Under the pieces are notes generated by a model. That model was not told the origin of the DNA. It did no database searches and worked only from the letters and a program-made list of their open reading frames with translations. Below are positions 57,901 to 64,000 of a DNA stretch of 64,000 bases, piece after piece. Source of the stretch: Balanoglossus misakiensis (taxonomy: Eukaryota; Animalia; Hemichordata); the NCBI GenBank assembly GCA_040954595.2, contig CM082582.2, forward strand, positions 11,213,483 to 11,277,482, given 5' to 3'. Position 1 is the first letter of the stretch; each line of letters begins with the position of its first letter. Both the position numbers and the translations under genes were made by a program.

Positions 57901-60900
57901 GTCTATACTGTCATGGGAAAATTTGACAATCTGAAGGTCAGTATTTGGTTTATAATGATTGAGATCTTTTGACATACCAGCATGTTGTCACCCCATTTAC
58001 ATTGCTAAATCTCGATAATAATAACCTTGACCTTTTTGTTTGATTTTCAGACAGCCTATGTGAAGGGTACAAGCACTTTCTGCAACAGCCCTTGGATAGT
58101 CTTTCTTAGAAGAACTGGCATTGATAAAGAAGATTTGTGGAGTGCTAATCAGGTGAGCTTGGACGAATGAAGGAGGGCGAAAGGGATTTGGTTCAATCAT
58201 GTCACTCCGCAATGAATGTGATTGTACAATGTGCATACATCATCCACCCTTTTTTCCAGACTGACTATGATCGCACATTACTCAACGCCAAGCTTTTCCC
58301 CGTCTGGCACTGCACGGAAGACGTCGGCATAAAAGAAGTTTTGTGGTTACAAGGAGCCGAAGTGGAAGACAACGATGCCATGCTGCAAAGATGGAAGGAG
58401 TCATGGAGACTGTCGCTGCAAGAGATCTTAAAGTGCATTGATATCACCATGGAGTTCCAGTGGAGAAGGTTAGAAATGTCACAGAATTTATTTGAGTCAT
58501 TATGCATCGTTTAACAGGAGTTATGAACCAAATGAACCCTTTTACCCCATCTCAAAAGTCCAGATATTCATAAAATCATCTTCTGTGTTCTGTCTTTTCA
58601 TAATTTCAGGGATCTTTTCTATGACATCACACAGCAGGAAATCAAGGACGTGCTGTTGAATTCTCAGAACAGAAGCTTACTTCCATACTTCAAGAGTGCT
58701 GTTTTGGAGGGCTACACCGACCAAGTATTAAACACACTTGATACAAGTAAGCACTGCTACTTTGTCACCATTTTACCCCTGCAGTTACACCTTATAATGC
58801 ACCATACTGTCATTTAGAACTTCTCAGCATATCAACAGACAAATCATCAGTCTTGTCTCTTCTGCAGTCGCCATGGAGACAGACAAACCCAACATAGCCG
58901 CCAGGACACTGGCCTGCATAGCTGACGTCTTGGGGTGCATGGCTGATCAGAAGGGTCGATCCGGTGGATTGAGAAGTGGACCGGCTGCCAACAAAGCATG
59001 GATGGCCGCATTCCACAAGTTGGAGGTAAAGATTGTGCCTTCGTGACACATTAATTTCTGTTGGTCACTTCCACAATCAAATACGTGTACAAACTTTACT
59101 GAAAGGTTGCTTACTTTCTTTGCTTCAGGAAGGTAGGATAAGTGATGGTGTGAAAGCTCTGGCAAAGGAGAGAAAGAACTGGCTAGACCGAGCAGATCTG
59201 TTGGTCAGAGCTGCCAGGCATTATGAAGGTGCTGATCAGATACTGATCAGACATGCTGTGACCACAGCCAGAGAGGTTGGTATCCCGTACATGGAGATAA
59301 TCATTTCAAACTCTCTGTGTGTTTCCTTCCTATAGTTCCAGATGTGATATTTGTAGTACTTTAAGGTAAAAGTTTGAAAATTTAACAATGAAGATTTCTT
59401 CTGTTTCAGTTTATATCCACATCACCAGGTGAATCTCCTGACATCGACCAATGGGTGGTGGCCAACTGTCCAGCTCGTATCGATATCTCCGGTGGTTGGT
59501 CGGACACGCCACCTGTGACGTACGAACACGGAGGGGCAGTCACCAATGCAGCCATCACCATCGATGGCAGGCGACCAATTGGGGCCAAGTGTCGCAGGAT
59601 AAGAGAGTGAGTAGGGCGATGATCGGTTGAGAAGAAAATGGGAGCAAAGATTTTGATGTTATTCTTGCATATGTCAGTGCAGAAAAACAAATGTTTCTTT
59701 TGCATGGATGACCACATCATCATGGTGGTGTGATATATGTGCTAATCACTGTGGTCTTTCTTTCAACCTGCAGGCCACACCTGATGCTAGTATTGGGAAC
59801 TGACCCCACTAGTCAAACCAAACTGGTCTGCAAAGAGCTGTCAGATTTGGCTGATTACTGCAACCCCCAGGCAGCAGGTACAATTTTTAATATTTCATTT
59901 TCTAATCTTTCAAGAGCAAAATATCAGAATCACAATAAAATTACTTGGCAATACTTTTTAATAAGAAGTTGATGTTTTTTTGTTTTCTGTAGGGGCTCTC
60001 TTGAAAGCTGCCTTTGTCTGTGCTGATGTTGTCAAGCTGCCATCAGACATCAGTCTGAAAGATCAACTCATGGAAAAGTTTGGCAGTGGTTTTGAACTCC
60101 ACACGTGGTCTCACCTACCACAAGGGTCAGGTATAGACTCTGTCCATGTTCATTTGCCAGTTTTGTTGGTTTACTCACTTTGGTTATCCCGCATGAGTTT
60201 GACAAGTAGTTTTAGTTTGGTTGTTCCCATCTATTTTCTCAAACTATGACAAGTGTGATGGCAGCCCCCAGTGTATTGCTCTTCAATTTTACTCACTAAC
60301 TAGTAACTCTAAGTCCCGTGATGTTCCTAACATTTCTTGTTCCTTTTCCAGGTCTTGGCACCAGCAGTATCCTGGCTGGAGGTGTAATTGCTGCTTTGTG
60401 GAGAGCATCAGGCAAAACCTATGACAGTGACTCTCTTATACATGCTGTAAGTTCATTCACACAGCTGTGATTTCATCCAGTTTAACATTTAATGCGATTC
60501 GTTCATCATTATTACCTCCTATGCCAGTGACAAAGAGGTCATCATCGTCTGTTATCTGTATCTATCGTCAATTGACTTATTCTGCTAATACTATGACTTT
60601 TCTCACAGGTGCTGCACCTTGAGCAGATGTTGACAAGTGGTGGTGGATGGCAAGATCAAGTTGGAGGTCAGTTTAAAAATTTTCAGGAGAAGAGCTTGAC
60701 AGAAGTGTAAATTTTTATGAGAAATTGATTACCTCTGATATCAAAGCCTTGATGTTGCTACAGGATTGTCATGACCATTCAGCATTCATCCAATCATCAC
60801 CCTCACTGCTTGCTTCCTTGCTTGTTTGTTTGTTTGTTTGTTTGTTGGGCAATGCAGGCCTTACTCCTGGCGTCACAATCGGTCGTTGCAAAGCCGGCTT

Positions 60901-62175
60901 GCCCCTGAGAGTAGACACCACCTTCCTGGAAGTGTCGGAGGAGACCATAGAAGCGTTCAACAGTCGGCTGGTGTTGGTGTACACAGGCAAGACCCGACTG
61001 GCCAGAAACCTGGTCCAGAACGTGGTGCGCAATTGGTACGAGCGAAAGCCGGAACTGGTCAGGAACTGTGACGAACTGACCGCAAATGCTGAAGAGTGTG
61101 CTAAAGCCTTTGAAGAAGGTAGGTGACCCACACGTGTTTGTCTTTGTGTTTCAATGTGGAATTCAATTGGAACCAGCCAGACACAATTAAAGGCAGCACA
61201 TGTGAATTCATTCCCTGTCTGGTTAACATATCAAAAACTGAAACATTGAATTCATGTTAGTAGCTTTCAGTCCTGATGTCACTCAGGTAGGCGATAAATG
61301 ATGATTGGTTTTGCTTTCATGACAGGAAATATTGAAAAAGTTGGCCAATGTTTGACCCTCTACTGGGAGCAGAAGAAAGTGATGGCCCCGGGCTGTGAAC
61401 CAAAGTTAGTCCAGGCAATGATGACAGCTCTGAAACCACATGTCTACGGTCAGTCCCTGGCAGGCGCTGGGGGCGGAGGGTTTATGTATGTGATTACCAA
61501 GGAACCAAATGCTGTGGATACTATCAGAGAAGTATTGGCTGGGTTAGAGGTAATCTGACATTGTAATCACCACACTTCTCTGGTGGGGGTTTGGGTGGGG
61601 ATGGTGGTAAAGGCGGGGTTCCACACTGTACTCTTTGAAAACATGGACAGATGATATTAGCTATGGTCGTGAAATGGGTAAAGTCCTATTATGACCATAG
61701 CATTTTATCTCGCTGGAAAAGTGCTCAATGATAATTGCGTGTTTTGTTCCAGGGTTGTGAGAGTGTCACTATTCACCAAGCCAAAGTGGATCGAGCAGGT
61801 CTCGTGGTAGAAATCCTGAAACCAGGAGAAGAACGTGTCGAAACAGAGCCCCAGAAGATTGCTGCAGAAGATTCTGAAGTTGCCCCCAAGGTTGACACAG
61901 ATCAACCTGCAGAGACATCAAAACCTGAAGACATCATCGCTGACCAGTCGGCAGCAGCAGAAGAGACAGCATCTCTGGAAACCACTGTTGATCAGTTGAC
62001 CACAACGGGAGACCCTGAGCCCGCCGTTGAAGTCGTTCCAAGTCAGGATGAAAATGGAGAAAAGACAGAAAGCACCGCTGAAGTGAGTGAAGCCAAGTTA
62101 GAGATCCATTCTGAATCAACCTCAGACGTTGGGGAGAATCAGAGTGCAGAACAGCCACAAGATGCAGAGGTATAG
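54858..62175 (+). CDS. FCSK: L-fucose kinase (GHMP kinase) with N-terminal pyrophosphorylase-like domain, multi-exon
   Basis: Motifs [96 protein letters not shown] and [10 protein letters not shown]. Confidence 0.94.
54947..54974. repeat. (CT)n microsatellite
   Basis: A pure ct run in an FCSK intron. Confidence 0.9.
60822..60846. repeat. (TTTG)n microsatellite before a splice acceptor
   Basis: ttgtttgtttgtttgtttgtttg is directly visible. Confidence 0.85.
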
Positions 62176-63346
62176 GTACAGCAGTTGAGTGTTTTACAAA
62201 CCAAGTCACAGCAAAGGAATATCTGAATCAGCAATAATTATTTTATTTTATGACAAAAGGAAAATATAGCAATACATGTATGCCACACCAGGCAGAAATG
62301 ATTCTTTTAGGTTGAAATACCAGTTCTTGTTTGAAAAGTAATATCTCATTTATTGCGGAAATAAGCTGTTTTAATTCGCAAGTTATTAAATTTTTGGAAC
62401 AGCTGGTGCTTGCTTGTTATTGGCTCAAAGAGTGATCAAGTTAAACCAAAAAACATCTACCGGTAGTGAAAGAATATGGTGTCAGCCTTACTAATGTTTA
62501 AAAGGATTTTTTTTAATCCCGGTCACTACAGCCAAACAGAGCTAAAATCATTTCAAAGGCTTTACTTTATACACGTGAGTGTGGTGTGCTCAATATGAAT
62601 GTTTGTAAAATATGTAGATAGGACTTGAGTTCAAAACTCATATGCAGAGCTAATATATGCAGCGGTACTTACAATACTTTGGGGGATGTCCAACAAGCGC
62701 CACCTAATTACTGTGGCCCAATAAAACACAAACTAGTGGTCAATTCATATCTACTAGTAACTTCGATTTTATTACTTCAATAAAAACATTAATTTACATT
62801 ACCTGTATTCATAATTATACAATTTCAGATACATGATGAAATGCAATTAATTCTCCAATTCTAAAAATTCTCTCATTCCGTATTATGCTACATTGCTTTC
62901 AATATATTCACTGTACAATAACTAACATTTGGTGACTATTTGGTTAATAATTGTTCAGCCTCTGCAGTAATAAAAAAAACTGATTCAAGTGAGATTTCAA
63001 CTATCAGAGAAATTACCTTATTTTTCAAATAAAGATATACTCGTTAAAATTCAGAACATGTAATGCCCAAGGTCCTGAAACTCAACTTTATCTATTGAAG
63101 AAGAGCGTTTTAACATTTCAGACAAATACATCAAAAGTTTAAACCAGCCTCAATAAGAAAAAAATATGCATGTTTGCTTTACACTCAAGTTGGTTTGAAA
63201 TTCATTTCATTTTAGCCTCTTGTATGTACAATGAAACAAATCTCTTTGATAACCCCAACAAGACAATGACCTTCCCAACAATGTGAAGACTACGAGCATG
63301 CAGGGTTCTAAAAGCACTGGTCAAATGTACCACACTATATTCAATT

Positions 63347-63762
63347 TCAACAGAGCATGACGGCCACCAAACCCACGCCGTAACGCCTCTGTTGCATGGG
63401 ACAGACACTGCTCCACTTGTTCAGAGTTGGATCGTACTTGTCAACAGTGTTTGTACATTTGCTGCCGTCGAAGCCACCTGCCACGTAAATGCAGCCATTC
63501 AGTGTAGCGGCACAAGCGCTGCTGCGAACTTTACTCATCGGTCGCACAAACGTCCACTGGTTGCTCTCGGGGTCGTATCGCTCCACCGTGTTCAGCCACT
63601 CCCCGTTGTGGCCACCGATGGCGTAAATACAGCCGTTCAGGACAGTGACCGACACGTACGCCCTCCGCAGGTGCATCGGTGCGACGCTCGTCCACATCTT
63701 TTGGCTGGGGTCGTAGCGCTCCACGGATGTCAGGAAGTCCTCCTTGTTTCCTCTGTTGCCAC
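63347..63762 (-). CDS. Kelch-like protein, last exon (gene extends beyond the window)
   Basis: Kelch repeats VERYDPSQKMWTSVAPM, IYAIGGHNG..LNTVERYDP and IYVAGGFDG..NTVDKYDP. Acceptor cag at 63765-63763, stop at 63347. Confidence 0.9.
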
Positions 63763-64000
63763 CTGTTGTGAATCAATATGCAAATGATATGAGGCATGCA
63801 AATTAGTATATTTATACATGTATCAATGCACAAACACAACCATACACACACACGGCACCCTATATGTGATACATGTATTTAATAACAATCATGTGATCAG
63901 GGCCTTGTGTTAATTTACAGCCAACAAGTGTTACAAGTTCAAAGTCACACGCGTAAAATGTCATCAACTCATCAAAACCCTCAATATCGTAATTACCTGT

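Overview
This is eukaryotic, intron-rich, AT-rich animal genomic DNA, probably from an invertebrate deuterostome (inferred from the ST3Gal-type sialyltransferase and compact introns). In order, the genes are: the 3' part of a tandem-EGF protein (+); ITFG1 (-), with an intron-containing variant histone H3 (+) nested in one of its introns; PHKB (+, head-to-head with ITFG1); two tandem cathepsin A/CTSA genes (-); CNOT1 (+); an ST3GAL1/2-type sialyltransferase (-); fucokinase FCSK/FUK (+); and the last exon of a kelch-repeat gene (-). A Helentron-derived (HINE/DINE-1-like) element with a ~238-bp tandem array lies at 51.0-53.0 kb. Three observations stand out. (1) Five box C/D snoRNA-like elements of two families sit one per intron in CNOT1, with no confident target. 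(2) Extra cysteines in the EGF protein follow a pattern that predicts disulfides stapling consecutive EGF modules together. (3) The nested H3 has the gene structure of a replacement histone but is not H3.3 by sequence. Exon boundaries were read by eye, and homology calls come from recalled family motifs, not database searches.
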